From Chloroflexota bacterium (GTDB lineage: Bacteria; Chloroflexota; Dehalococcoidia; Lucifugimonadales; GCA-002723415): a DNA stretch of 64,000 nucleotides. The position numbers and the translations under genes are program-made. This document shows positions 39,679 to 48,960 of the stretch, in pieces. The stretch lies in NCBI GenBank assembly GCA_002721445.1, contig PBKN01000012.1, positions 8,362 through 72,361 of the forward strand. The letters are read 5' to 3'. Position 1 is the first letter of the stretch. The number at the start of each line of letters is the position of its first letter. The notes beneath the pieces were generated by a model. That model had not been told where the DNA came from, did no database searches, and saw only the letters and a list, made by a program, of their open reading frames with translations.

Positions 39679-40869
39679 TTAATTTGAAAGTTTATCAAGT
39701 GATTTTCTTAATATACTAAAAGCTTTAGAAGCTTCATTAATTTCAACAGTTAATGGTGGCATTAAACGTATCGCATTTGGGCGTAAGGGATTTGTCAATA
39801 GACCATTATCATTGCATATTGAAACTAAATCTGCAGAAATTTCTGATTTAAATTGTATAGCCCACAATAATCCCATTCCTCTAATCTGATCAATAATTTC
39901 ATATTCCTTCTGAATTAAATTTAATTCCTCTTTGAAGTATTTTTCCATTTTTGATACATTATCTACGACTTTTTCATTAAGTATATATTCTGTTGATGCA
40001 AATGCTGCAGCACAAGTTAATGCATTACCTCCAAAAGTAGACCCATGATCCCCAGGATCAAATGCACAAGCATGTTCTTTAGCTAAAAATGCACCTATAG
40101 GAACACCTCCACCTAGACCTTTAGCTAAAGTCATAATATCTGGCTCAACATCAAAGACTTCATAACCAAATAGCTTGCCTAATCTTCCTAATCCTGTTTG
40201 TACTTCATCAAATATTAATAAAATCCCATTATCATCACACCATTTACGGACATTTTTCAAATAATCTTTAGAAGGAATATTAACTCCTCCTTCACCTTGA
40301 ACAGGCTCTAACATTACAGCTACAGTATTATCATTAGTAGATTTTTTTATTTCTTCCAAATTATTATAATCAACATGTTTAAATCCAGTAGGAATAGGTT
40401 GAAATATATCCTGGTATTTTGGCTGACCAGTAGCAGCTACAGACATCATTGTCCTACCATGAAATGAATTGAAGGCAGTAATTATCTCATGAGCATTATT
40501 TAAATTTTTCTTGCCAAATTTACGTGCTAATTTAATAGCTCCTTCATTGGCTTCAGTACCACTGTTGCAAATAAATATTTTATCTAAACAACTATTTTCT
40601 ACTAATATTTCAGCTAACTTTAATTGAGGTACTGTATAAAACTGATTAGATGTTTGGAGCAGAGTATTTGCTTGTTCAGAAATTGCTTTAGATATAGCTT
40701 TGTTTGAATGACCCACATTATTAACAGCCCAACCTGAAGTAAAATCTATATATTTTTTTCCATTATCATCCCATACATAAGATCCGTCACCTTTAACTAT
40801 TACAATTGGCTGTCGTTTCACAACAAACATATAATATTTTTTCTCAATTTCCTGCCAGTTAGTTGACAT
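39679..40869 (-). CDS. argD: Acetylornithine aminotransferase (class III PLP)
   Basis: 396 aa. FCNSGTEANE, DEVQTGLGR.G and TLAKGLGGG (PLP Lys) motifs. 3-nt spacer to argG. Confidence 0.9.
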   Translation of the reverse strand: MSTNWQEIEKKYYMFVVKRQPIVIVKGDGSYVWDDNGKKYIDFTSGWAVNNVGHSNKAISKAISEQANTLLQTSNQFYTVPQLKLAEILVENSCLDKIFICNSGTEANEGAIKLARKFGKKNLNNAHEIITAFNSFHGRTMMSVAATGQPKYQDIFQPIPTGFKHVDYNNLEEIKKSTNDNTVAVMLEPVQGEGGVNIPSKDYLKNVRKWCDDNGILLIFDEVQTGLGRLGKLFGYEVFDVEPDIMTLAKGLGGGVPIGAFLAKEHACAFDPGDHGSTFGGNALTCAAAFASTEYILNEKVVDNVSKMEKYFKEELNLIQKEYEIIDQIRGMGLLWAIQFKSEISADLVSICNDNGLLTNPLRPNAIRLMPPLTVEINEASKAFSILRKSLDKLSN

Positions 40870-40880
40870 AATTATCTCCT

Positions 40881-43670
40881 TTAATCAACCTTGTTTTTAA
40901 ACAAATCTAATTTATTTTCTAATTCCCCTAAAATATCTTTTAAATTGTTTATTATTTCTGTCATCTCTTTAACATCAACTTCGGTAATATCCAAGTATTT
41001 CTCATTTAAATTATTCTCATTAGTATTTTCTAATGCTTTAATCTCATTTATATCAGATATACCCAATAAAGCTTCAAGAGCCAATTCTAAAGAATCCTCC
41101 ATTACAACTTTTTCTCCGCTCGCTAATATTACTTTCTTAAGCTCAGGAAAATCCACTCCTTCTGCCTGAATATATATAGGTTCAGCATACAATATAGATC
41201 CCCCCAAAGGCACAACTAATAAATTTCCTCGTATACATGAAGAGCCCTCTACACATCTTAACGAAAACCAAGCAGATATATCTTGATCATTATCAATTCT
41301 TGCTTCAACTTGCTCAGTCCCATCTATTTGTCTATCTTTTGGGAAACTAAATGATAATAATTTGCCGAAATTCTCACCATCACTTCTTGCAGCTAACCAT
41401 CCTATAAGGTTTTTCCTTTGATTAGGTGTATAAGGGATCAATTGAACAAATTCTGTAGAATCTTGGCCAGGAAGCTTCATTATTACGTAATAAGGAGCAA
41501 CCTCTTTCAAATCATCCTTATTACCAAATTTTTCTTTTGAAAATTCCCATAAATCTTCATCATTATAAAAATTCTGCGTGTTTTCCATATGATATTTAGA
41601 ATAAATTTTAGCTTGCAATGTAAATAGGTCTTGAGGATATCTAGTATGCTTTTTCATATGATTAGATATATCAGATTTACTAGTAAATAAATCAGGAAAT
41701 ACTTTTTGATATGTTAGAACAATTGGATCTTGCTCATCCCATAAATAAAAATTTACGTCTCCTTCAAATGCATTAACAGTTACTTTAACACTATTCCTAA
41801 TATAATTAATTGAATCGTCTTCAATATATGTTTCATATTGAGAATAAGGATATTTGTCACTACTAGTATAAGCATCTTGTATCCATATAAGGTTTTCTTT
41901 GTCTGCAACTATATAAGGATCAGCATCTAATGTTAAAAATGGAACAATTTGAGAAATACGTTCTTTTAATGATCGCCTGTACTGAATTAAACTCTTATTT
42001 GTTATTTCACCACTTATAAGTATATTTAAATCTCTAAACTCTAATGCATACAGCAATTTTTTAAAAGTCGAATCTAAAACAACTCCTCCGGATCCCCAAT
42101 AATTTACTCTAAAAAGATCTCCTTCATCAGTTTGATAATCTAACTCTTTTGTTTTTGTATTTACGATTGAATATGGATAATCATTTTCACCGTAATAAAT
42201 CCTGGGATTTGAAACTACAAATTCTTCTTCTGAATTTTTATTAGAATGGTCCTTTACTGGGATTAATCCATTGTTAGGAATATCTTTTGCATAAAACTGA
42301 GGACGTCCTTCCAATGTAAAATCAGTTACAGGACTCATAGCAAAGCCAATCCCATGAGTATATACTAATTTTTGGTTAATCCATGTACGAGCATCTTCTG
42401 TTAATTTTTCAGGAGCAACTTCTCTTGGAGACAGTAAAACTTGGCTAGATTTTGAATTTATTTCATATCTATCTACATCTGCATCAATAAAATCGTAATA
42501 AGGCCTAATCAATTGGATTTGTTTGTATACACTTAACAGAGGTTTATGGTCCCATAACCTAATATTGTTTATTGTTTCAGAATTTTCTGCGATTGTTTGT
42601 TGACTTATAGTATTGTCATCTATTGGTAAAAATATATTTTCTATATTATTTAGTCCAAAAGCTTTTTTAGTAAACTCTATATTACGAGATATATATTCTG
42701 CTTCTTTTACATACTCTGCTGGTCTAACTACGAAACGTTGAATTGACATTGGCAATAATATAGTAACAATAGTTAATAAAACAAACCAACTTATTATACT
42801 CCCAAATACAATCTTATTATTTTTAATATAAATATTTGCCAATAAAATACAAGATATAATGATTCCTACAATTGATAAAACTAATAAACCTGTTTTTTTA
42901 ATATTTACGTCAGTATATAATGCTCCGTCAACGAGACCTCCCTCAGTCAATGGAATATCCCATCTACTCAAAAAATTACCTATTGAGAGGATAAACATAA
43001 TAAAGGCCAAAATTAAAGATATTTGAACCCAATTACTAGAATTCATCTCAAATTTAACACCTCTTATTACAGAGTTAATTAAATAAACTGCGCCAGTAAT
43101 AATTAATGACAAAATTGATATAGTTAATACCCAACCTTGAATTATATGAAAAACAGGTAATTGAAAAACATAAAAAGATATATCTCTACCAAAAACAGGG
43201 TCTAATTCATTGAATTCTTGAAAATTAAAAAACATTAAAATCTCAAGCCAAGATCCTGACAATATTAATCCAGCTATTAATCCAAAAAGTAAAATTATTA
43301 CCAAATAAACCCAAAAAGTAATTTTCTTATATAAATTAAGTATTGATCCATCCACATCATATTCTATTGGGCCATTAGAAATTTTATTTGCAAAATATAT
43401 ATTAATTCCTAAAAAAGAAGAAGCTATAAACCAACCTGAAAATATTAATATAAGCTTTGTAAATACTTCCTTTAATAAAATACTCTGAAATCCTAATTGT
43501 TCATACCAAAGGTAATCAGTATAAATCATTCTAATATAATTTAATATTAATATTGAAATTATTAGAAAAAATACTATTGCTCCTATTTTAATAAAACGAC
43601 TAGATTGATTTAATATTTTATTAAAATCTAAGTCATCAAAAATCAATTTTTGATCCGAATTAGTTGCCAA
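40881..43670 (-). CDS. UPF0182 family large integral membrane protein
   Basis: 929 aa. N-terminal multi-TM region with YTDYLWYEQLGF (family-typical LWF..LG motif) and a large soluble C-terminal part. The size is typical of UPF0182. Confidence 0.8.
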   Translation of the reverse strand: MATNSDQKLIFDDLDFNKILNQSSRFIKIGAIVFFLIISILILNYIRMIYTDYLWYEQLGFQSILLKEVFTKLILIFSGWFIASSFLGINIYFANKISNGPIEYDVDGSILNLYKKITFWVYLVIILLFGLIAGLILSGSWLEILMFFNFQEFNELDPVFGRDISFYVFQLPVFHIIQGWVLTISILSLIITGAVYLINSVIRGVKFEMNSSNWVQISLILAFIMFILSIGNFLSRWDIPLTEGGLVDGALYTDVNIKKTGLLVLSIVGIIISCILLANIYIKNNKIVFGSIISWFVLLTIVTILLPMSIQRFVVRPAEYVKEAEYISRNIEFTKKAFGLNNIENIFLPIDDNTISQQTIAENSETINNIRLWDHKPLLSVYKQIQLIRPYYDFIDADVDRYEINSKSSQVLLSPREVAPEKLTEDARTWINQKLVYTHGIGFAMSPVTDFTLEGRPQFYAKDIPNNGLIPVKDHSNKNSEEEFVVSNPRIYYGENDYPYSIVNTKTKELDYQTDEGDLFRVNYWGSGGVVLDSTFKKLLYALEFRDLNILISGEITNKSLIQYRRSLKERISQIVPFLTLDADPYIVADKENLIWIQDAYTSSDKYPYSQYETYIEDDSINYIRNSVKVTVNAFEGDVNFYLWDEQDPIVLTYQKVFPDLFTSKSDISNHMKKHTRYPQDLFTLQAKIYSKYHMENTQNFYNDEDLWEFSKEKFGNKDDLKEVAPYYVIMKLPGQDSTEFVQLIPYTPNQRKNLIGWLAARSDGENFGKLLSFSFPKDRQIDGTEQVEARIDNDQDISAWFSLRCVEGSSCIRGNLLVVPLGGSILYAEPIYIQAEGVDFPELKKVILASGEKVVMEDSLELALEALLGISDINEIKALENTNENNLNEKYLDITEVDVKEMTEIINNLKDILGELENKLDLFKNKVD

Positions 43671-43686
43671 ACTGCCCTCCTGAAAT

Positions 43687-44463
43687 TTAAATTATTGTTG
43701 TTCCAAAACCTTTCTTATAAAAAGAATCAATTAAAATATGCTGCTTTCTTCCATCTATTATATTCGTATTAACATTATTTTTAGATGCTGTTAAACAAGC
43801 TTCTAACTTAGGAATCATACCGCCATCTACTACTCTAGATTTAATCAAATCAGTAACCTGCCTTTTAGTCAATTTAGGAATTAACCGTTTACTTGAATCT
43901 AAAACACCAGGGACATCCGTTAAAAAATAAAGATTACTTGCTTTTAATGTGGCCGCTATATGGCCAGCTGCAATATCAGCATTCAAATTTAATAAAGAAT
44001 ATTTATTTTCATTAGATTTAACTTCTTCATAACCTACTGAAGCAATAACAGGTATATAGCCTGATTCAAGAGCAGATTGAATAATTTCTGGATTAGTTTT
44101 TTTTACATCTCCAACAAATCCTAAAATGTCATTTCTCTTCTCAGAAATCAACATGCCTCCATCAACTCCACTAATACCTAATGCTTTGCCACCAATAGAA
44201 ATTAAACTAGCAACTAAATTTTTATTTATTAATCCTGTTAAAACTGCTACTACAATTTCAAGACTTACATTATCAGTAACGCGAAGACCTTTACTAAATT
44301 TAGGCCTTAAACCTTGCCTTGCCATCCACTTAGTAACCAGATTACCTCCGCCGTGTATAACCACAACGCTTACTCCATTTTTCTGAAGATGCACTATATC
44401 TTCTAATGCAGTATCATGGTCTCCAAGAGTACTCCCTCCAATTTTAACAACTACCGTCCCAAT
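43687..44463 (-). CDS. argB: Acetylglutamate kinase
   Basis: VVIHGGG and the amino-acid-kinase fold pattern. The frame is open upstream of the track's GTG (44394) and encodes IGTVVVKIGGSTLG, the catalytic K-x-GG N-terminus. The only plausible initiator is ATT 44463-44461, 8 nt after AGGAG. This gives 258 aa. Confidence 0.85.
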   Translation of the reverse strand: MGTVVVKIGGSTLGDHDTALEDIVHLQKNGVSVVVIHGGGNLVTKWMARQGLRPKFSKGLRVTDNVSLEIVVAVLTGLINKNLVASLISIGGKALGISGVDGGMLISEKRNDILGFVGDVKKTNPEIIQSALESGYIPVIASVGYEEVKSNENKYSLLNLNADIAAGHIAATLKASNLYFLTDVPGVLDSSKRLIPKLTKRQVTDLIKSRVVDGGMIPKLEACLTASKNNVNTNIIDGRKQHILIDSFYKKGFGTTII

Positions 44464-44549
44464 ATAATCAACTCCTAACTAATTATTTTAATTTTAATAA
44501 AAGCAGTCTGATAACACTTCTTGTATATCAATCACAAAGTATATATTAT

Positions 44550-45755
44550 TCAAGTAGTATAAGCAGAATTAAAAATAACATATTCTTCTGTCAAATCACA
44601 TCCCCAAGCAGTAGCTTTAAAATCTCCAATATTAAGGGATATTGTAAAAACAACTTTATCCGTCTTCATAGCTCCTAGGACAGCCTCATTAAAGTAAGGT
44701 ATAGCTTTCCCTTGATGCACTATATGAATATCATTAATAAAAATATCTATTTTATCCTCAATCATTTCAGCTCCAGTTTTACCTAAAGCCATCATTATTC
44801 TTCCCCAATTTGGGTCCTTACCGTGAACCATTGATTTAACTAAATTAGATGAGGAAATACCTCTAGATGCTTTTGCAGCATCTTCAAAAGATTTTGCACC
44901 CTGAACCTCTACTTCAATTAAAGTTTGTGCGCCTTCACCATCTATAACTAAACTTTTAGCAAGTTCAATACAAACATAATTTAACGCTTCTTGAAACTGC
45001 TCAGCATAAACAGAGCTTCTATCAATATTAATGTTTTTTGAGCGCCCATTCGCAAACGCCAATACGGAATCATTAGTGCTTTGATCTCCGTCTACATCAA
45101 TCATATTGAAAGAAATATCAACAGCCTTTTTCAAAGATTCTTGAAAAAATTCAGGTTCAATATTAGCATCAGTTGTTATAAATCCTAACATCGTTGCCAT
45201 ATTAGGATGAATCATTCCAGAACCTTTAGCTGATCCTCCTATAGTAACCTTAACTTCATCTATTTCAATCGCAACAGCAAATTGTTTATTATAATTATCA
45301 GTAGTCATTATAGCTTTCGAAAAATCTTCTCCACCTGATTCAGTTAAAACTATCTTGTTTATATTTTGTCTTATCAAAGCCATTGGGAGTTCAACCCCAA
45401 TTTTACCAGTACTACAAATAAGTATTTTTTCCGGATTAATATTAAACATATTTGCAGCTAAAGAAGTCATTTCTTCAGCATCAGAAAAACCTTGAGATCC
45501 TACAGCGCAATTAGCACAACCACTATTAACAACTACTCCATGTGATTTAAGAGAAACAGACCTTTTCCTACTTAATGTCACTGAAGGAGATTCAATTTTA
45601 TTAGTAGTAAATACTGAAGCTAAACTTGCTTCATCCTCAGAATATAAAATTGCCAAATCTAATGCCCCTATTTCTGATTTTAAACCTGCAGAAATAGCTC
45701 CAGCAATATAACCTTTTGGAGAAGTAACTCCTCCATTCTGAATCAACTCTAACAT
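44550..45755 (-). CDS. argJ: Bifunctional ornithine acetyltransferase / N-acetylglutamate synthase
   Basis: 401 aa. Autoprocessing-site region PNMATMLGFITTDA and a C-terminal NSAYTT. Confidence 0.93.
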   Translation of the reverse strand: MLELIQNGGVTSPKGYIAGAISAGLKSEIGALDLAILYSEDEASLASVFTTNKIESPSVTLSRKRSVSLKSHGVVVNSGCANCAVGSQGFSDAEEMTSLAANMFNINPEKILICSTGKIGVELPMALIRQNINKIVLTESGGEDFSKAIMTTDNYNKQFAVAIEIDEVKVTIGGSAKGSGMIHPNMATMLGFITTDANIEPEFFQESLKKAVDISFNMIDVDGDQSTNDSVLAFANGRSKNINIDRSSVYAEQFQEALNYVCIELAKSLVIDGEGAQTLIEVEVQGAKSFEDAAKASRGISSSNLVKSMVHGKDPNWGRIMMALGKTGAEMIEDKIDIFINDIHIVHQGKAIPYFNEAVLGAMKTDKVVFTISLNIGDFKATAWGCDLTEEYVIFNSAYTT

Positions 45756-45769
45756 AATACAATATCCTC

Positions 45770-45779
45770 ATGAATTCAT
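45770..45779. promoter_or_regulatory. ATGAATTCAT palindrome just upstream of the argJ SD, possible ARG-box-like operator
   Basis: 10-bp perfect palindrome containing TGAAT/ATTCA half-sites. The 8-mer TATGAATT also occurs upstream of argC (24528-24535) at a similar distance from the start codon. Confidence 0.25.
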
Positions 45780-45908
45780 ATTAGAAAAAACTTTCTAGCC
45801 GAGTATAACACAGCATAGTAATTCGATAAAGTAAGTGAATTATTTCTTGCTTTTTAATCTATGATTATGTTTAATAATAATATGAAGTAAATTAAAACAT
45901 TTTATATT

Positions 45909-48161
45909 TTGAAAGGCGGCATCATGGTTGTAGATAATTCGAGTGTAAAATACACATCAATAGGTAAACGCCCAATTAGACATGATGGATACGACAAAGT
46001 TACAGGTAAAGCACAATTTGGAGCTGATATATATCCAAGTAATTTGATTTATGCTAAAGTACTTAGAAGTCCTCATGCTCATGCAAAAATAATATCTATT
46101 AATACTAAAAAAGCTTTAAATTATCCAGGCGTTAAAGCAGTAATAACCTCTAAAGATTTTCCTGTACATAGTAAAACTCCAGAAGTATTAGGATCTGGAC
46201 CTCCAATTAATATATATAATCTTGGAACAAATATATTAGCTAGAGACAAAGTATTATATAAAGGACATGCAATAGCAGCAGTTGCAGCTAACAATATTCA
46301 TACTGCAGAAGAAGCTTTATCTCTTATAGAAATAAAATATGAACTCATACAATCAGTTACAAATGTTGAAGATGCAATGGACCCCAATGCCCCCACAATA
46401 CATCCAGAATATCCTGGAAACATAGCAAGCCAAGATCAATTAAATATTGGTGACATAGGTCAGGGATTTAAAAAAGCTGATATTGTTATTGAAAAAGAAT
46501 TCAGAACAAGTACTGTCCATCAAGGATATATAGAATTACATTCTGCAACTGCTTTATGGCAACCTAATAATCATGTTACTCTCTGGACTAGCTCACAGGG
46601 GCACTTTCAAATTAGAGACCGTACCGCTGCAATATTAGGTATAGAACCATCTAGTATTAAAAGCGTTCCAATGGAAATAGGTGGTGGATTTGGAGGGAAG
46701 ACTACTATATATTTAGAGCCTATTTCAGCAATGTTATCTAAAATGACAGGACAACCTGTTAAAACAACTATGAATAGAGCAGAAGTATTAGAAGCGAGTG
46801 GGCCTACATCTGGTTCTTATATGAAAATTAAAATGGGGTCTACGAATCAAGGTAAACTGGTTGCTGCTGAAGCAAAACTAGTATTTGAAGCTGGTGCGTT
46901 TCCAGGCTCCCCTATTGGAGGAGCTTCTCAATGTATTTTTTCTCCTTATGATATTGAAAATGTATTAGTTGATGGATACGACATAATTGACAACAAGCCA
47001 AAAACAACTGCATATAGAGCGCCTGGGGCTCCAATAGGTGCTTTTGGAGTTGAAACTGTGGTTGATGAACTATGTACAAATTTAAAAATATCCCCCCTAG
47101 ATTTTAGAATCATGAATGCAGCTAAAGAAGGCACAAGACGTGCAAATGGAATATTAAACCCTCCAATAGGAATGATCGAAACTGTAGAAGCAATAAAATC
47201 TCATCAACATAATTTGACCCCCCTAAATGGTAAAAATACCGGAAGAGGAGTTGCTTCAGGTTTTTGGATGAATGGAACTGGGCCTGCATGTGCTATAGCA
47301 AACGTAAATTTTGATGGCAGTGTGAGCCTAACCATAGGGTCGATGGATATTGGAGGTACAAGACCTGGTGCTGCTCAACAATTTGCAGAGGTATTAGGTA
47401 TACCTGTTGAAAATGTCAACCCTCAAGTTGGCGATACTGATTCAATAGGATATACGTCTATGACAGGAGGAAGTGGAGCAGCATTTAAAACAGGTTGGGC
47501 AAGTTTCGAAGCTGCTGAAGATGTAAGAAGACAAATGATTGAACGCGCAGCATTGATTTGGGAAAAACCTATAGAAGAAATTGATCTAAAAAATGGGCTG
47601 TTTTGTCACAAGTCTGATCCTAAATTACAGGTAAGCTTTAAAGAATTAGCATCAAAATTAGGTGAAACTGGAGGACCAGTAGTTGGTAAAGCAAATTTAG
47701 ACCCATCTGGAGCAGGAGGAGCGTTTGCAACTCACATAGTTGACTTAGAAGTAGACATTGAAACTGGTAAAATAAAAATACTAAGATATACTGCTGCCCA
47801 AGATGTTGGGAAAGCTATTCACCCTAGCTACGTTGAAGGTCAAATACAAGGAGGTGTGGTCCAAGGTATTGGATGGGCACTAAACGAGGAATATTTTATG
47901 AACGACAAAGGTGCTCTTATGAATTCTAGTTTACTAGATTATAGGATGCCTACTTCTTTAGATTTACCAAATATTGATACCATTATTGTTGAAGTACCAA
48001 ATCCTACACACCCATACGGAGTTAGAGGTGTGGGAGAAGTACCTATAGTTCCACCAATGGCAGCAATAGCAAATGCTATACACGATGCTATAGGAATCAG
48101 AATGCATCAATTACCTATGAATCCAGCTATAGTATTAAAAGAAATGAAAAAAATTAATTAA
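45909..48161 (+). CDS. Xanthine dehydrogenase / aldehyde oxidase / CoxL family molybdopterin-binding large subunit
   Basis: About 745-750 aa. N-terminal hammerhead domain (RHDGYDKVTGKAQFGADI), AYRAPGAP, GGGFGGK and a C-terminal GVGE. The more likely start is ATG 45924. No fused Fe-S domain. Confidence 0.85.
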   Translation: MKGGIMVVDNSSVKYTSIGKRPIRHDGYDKVTGKAQFGADIYPSNLIYAKVLRSPHAHAKIISINTKKALNYPGVKAVITSKDFPVHSKTPEVLGSGPPINIYNLGTNILARDKVLYKGHAIAAVAANNIHTAEEALSLIEIKYELIQSVTNVEDAMDPNAPTIHPEYPGNIASQDQLNIGDIGQGFKKADIVIEKEFRTSTVHQGYIELHSATALWQPNNHVTLWTSSQGHFQIRDRTAAILGIEPSSIKSVPMEIGGGFGGKTTIYLEPISAMLSKMTGQPVKTTMNRAEVLEASGPTSGSYMKIKMGSTNQGKLVAAEAKLVFEAGAFPGSPIGGASQCIFSPYDIENVLVDGYDIIDNKPKTTAYRAPGAPIGAFGVETVVDELCTNLKISPLDFRIMNAAKEGTRRANGILNPPIGMIETVEAIKSHQHNLTPLNGKNTGRGVASGFWMNGTGPACAIANVNFDGSVSLTIGSMDIGGTRPGAAQQFAEVLGIPVENVNPQVGDTDSIGYTSMTGGSGAAFKTGWASFEAAEDVRRQMIERAALIWEKPIEEIDLKNGLFCHKSDPKLQVSFKELASKLGETGGPVVGKANLDPSGAGGAFATHIVDLEVDIETGKIKILRYTAAQDVGKAIHPSYVEGQIQGGVVQGIGWALNEEYFMNDKGALMNSSLLDYRMPTSLDLPNIDTIIVEVPNPTHPYGVRGVGEVPIVPPMAAIANAIHDAIGIRMHQLPMNPAIVLKEMKKIN

Positions 48162-48183
48162 CTATGAATCGGATAATTTCTAG

Positions 48184-48942
48184 ATGAACATAATTCCTAC
48201 AGTAAATAAAGACAAAGTAGTAATATTAGTAAAAGCGGGAAGATTGCAAAGTTGGGATTTCATAGATTTAAAAAAACAAGAATCTTATATAAAAGAGCAT
48301 GTTGAATTAATTAAAGAAACTGGGTATAAATATGGTATCCAACGATTAGAATCTTTTAAACTTATAAATTATCAACAACCATGGCATCGCTTATGGGTGA
48401 TTGAATTCCCAACTTTTGAAGGAGCTGAAGCTTGGATCGAATCAGAAATGGCTCCACCATACGGTAGTCATGGTTACTGGGAATACTATTTAGCTAGACC
48501 ATGGGGCCCAGATTATTTTTCTAAATGGCCAACAAAAGCCTATAATCCAATAAACAGGCCAATAATCGATACAGATGAAAACACAATTCCTGCTTTAGAA
48601 ATTAATGAAAACAATATTGTAGTAATTATGTTTGGCAGAACTCTTCCAGGCTCTGATATTTTAGACATAAATTCTAGAGGTGACAAAGAACACGTTAACC
48701 TAATGAAAAAAATTGCAAAAGATTATGGATTAATTCGACTGGAAGGTTTTAGATTGATAGCTCCTCAAGATAGCTGGCATAGAGCTTGGATCATTGAATT
48801 TCCTACTTTAGAAGGTGCAGAAGCTTGGATAAAAGCTGAAGTTGAACCTGTTTATGGTTCACATAATTCAAAAATTTATCACATAGCAAGGAATTATTTT
48901 TTAACCGATATAAATAGATTTAAACCTAAATCGAAACTATAG
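48184..48942 (+). CDS. Hypothetical protein made of two tandem ~100-aa repeats
   Basis: aa 8-107 and 141-238 align by eye at roughly 45-50% identity. Shared core WHR.W.IEFPT.EGAEAWI..E..P.YGSH. No cysteines. 22 nt downstream of the Mo-subunit gene. Confidence 0.55.
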   Translation: MNIIPTVNKDKVVILVKAGRLQSWDFIDLKKQESYIKEHVELIKETGYKYGIQRLESFKLINYQQPWHRLWVIEFPTFEGAEAWIESEMAPPYGSHGYWEYYLARPWGPDYFSKWPTKAYNPINRPIIDTDENTIPALEINENNIVVIMFGRTLPGSDILDINSRGDKEHVNLMKKIAKDYGLIRLEGFRLIAPQDSWHRAWIIEFPTLEGAEAWIKAEVEPVYGSHNSKIYHIARNYFLTDINRFKPKSKL

Positions 48943-48960
48943 ACAAATAAAACGTTGCAA

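Noticed and set aside
45909-48161. Elevated GC (about 38-47% in sampled lines) in the Mo-subunit gene and in hyuB, considered as horizontal transfer
   Set aside because: Arg codons there are mostly AGA, as in the rest of the window. The extra GC is explained by Gly/Ala/Pro-rich conserved protein sequence, unlike the amidohydrolase, where synonymous codon choice itself differs.
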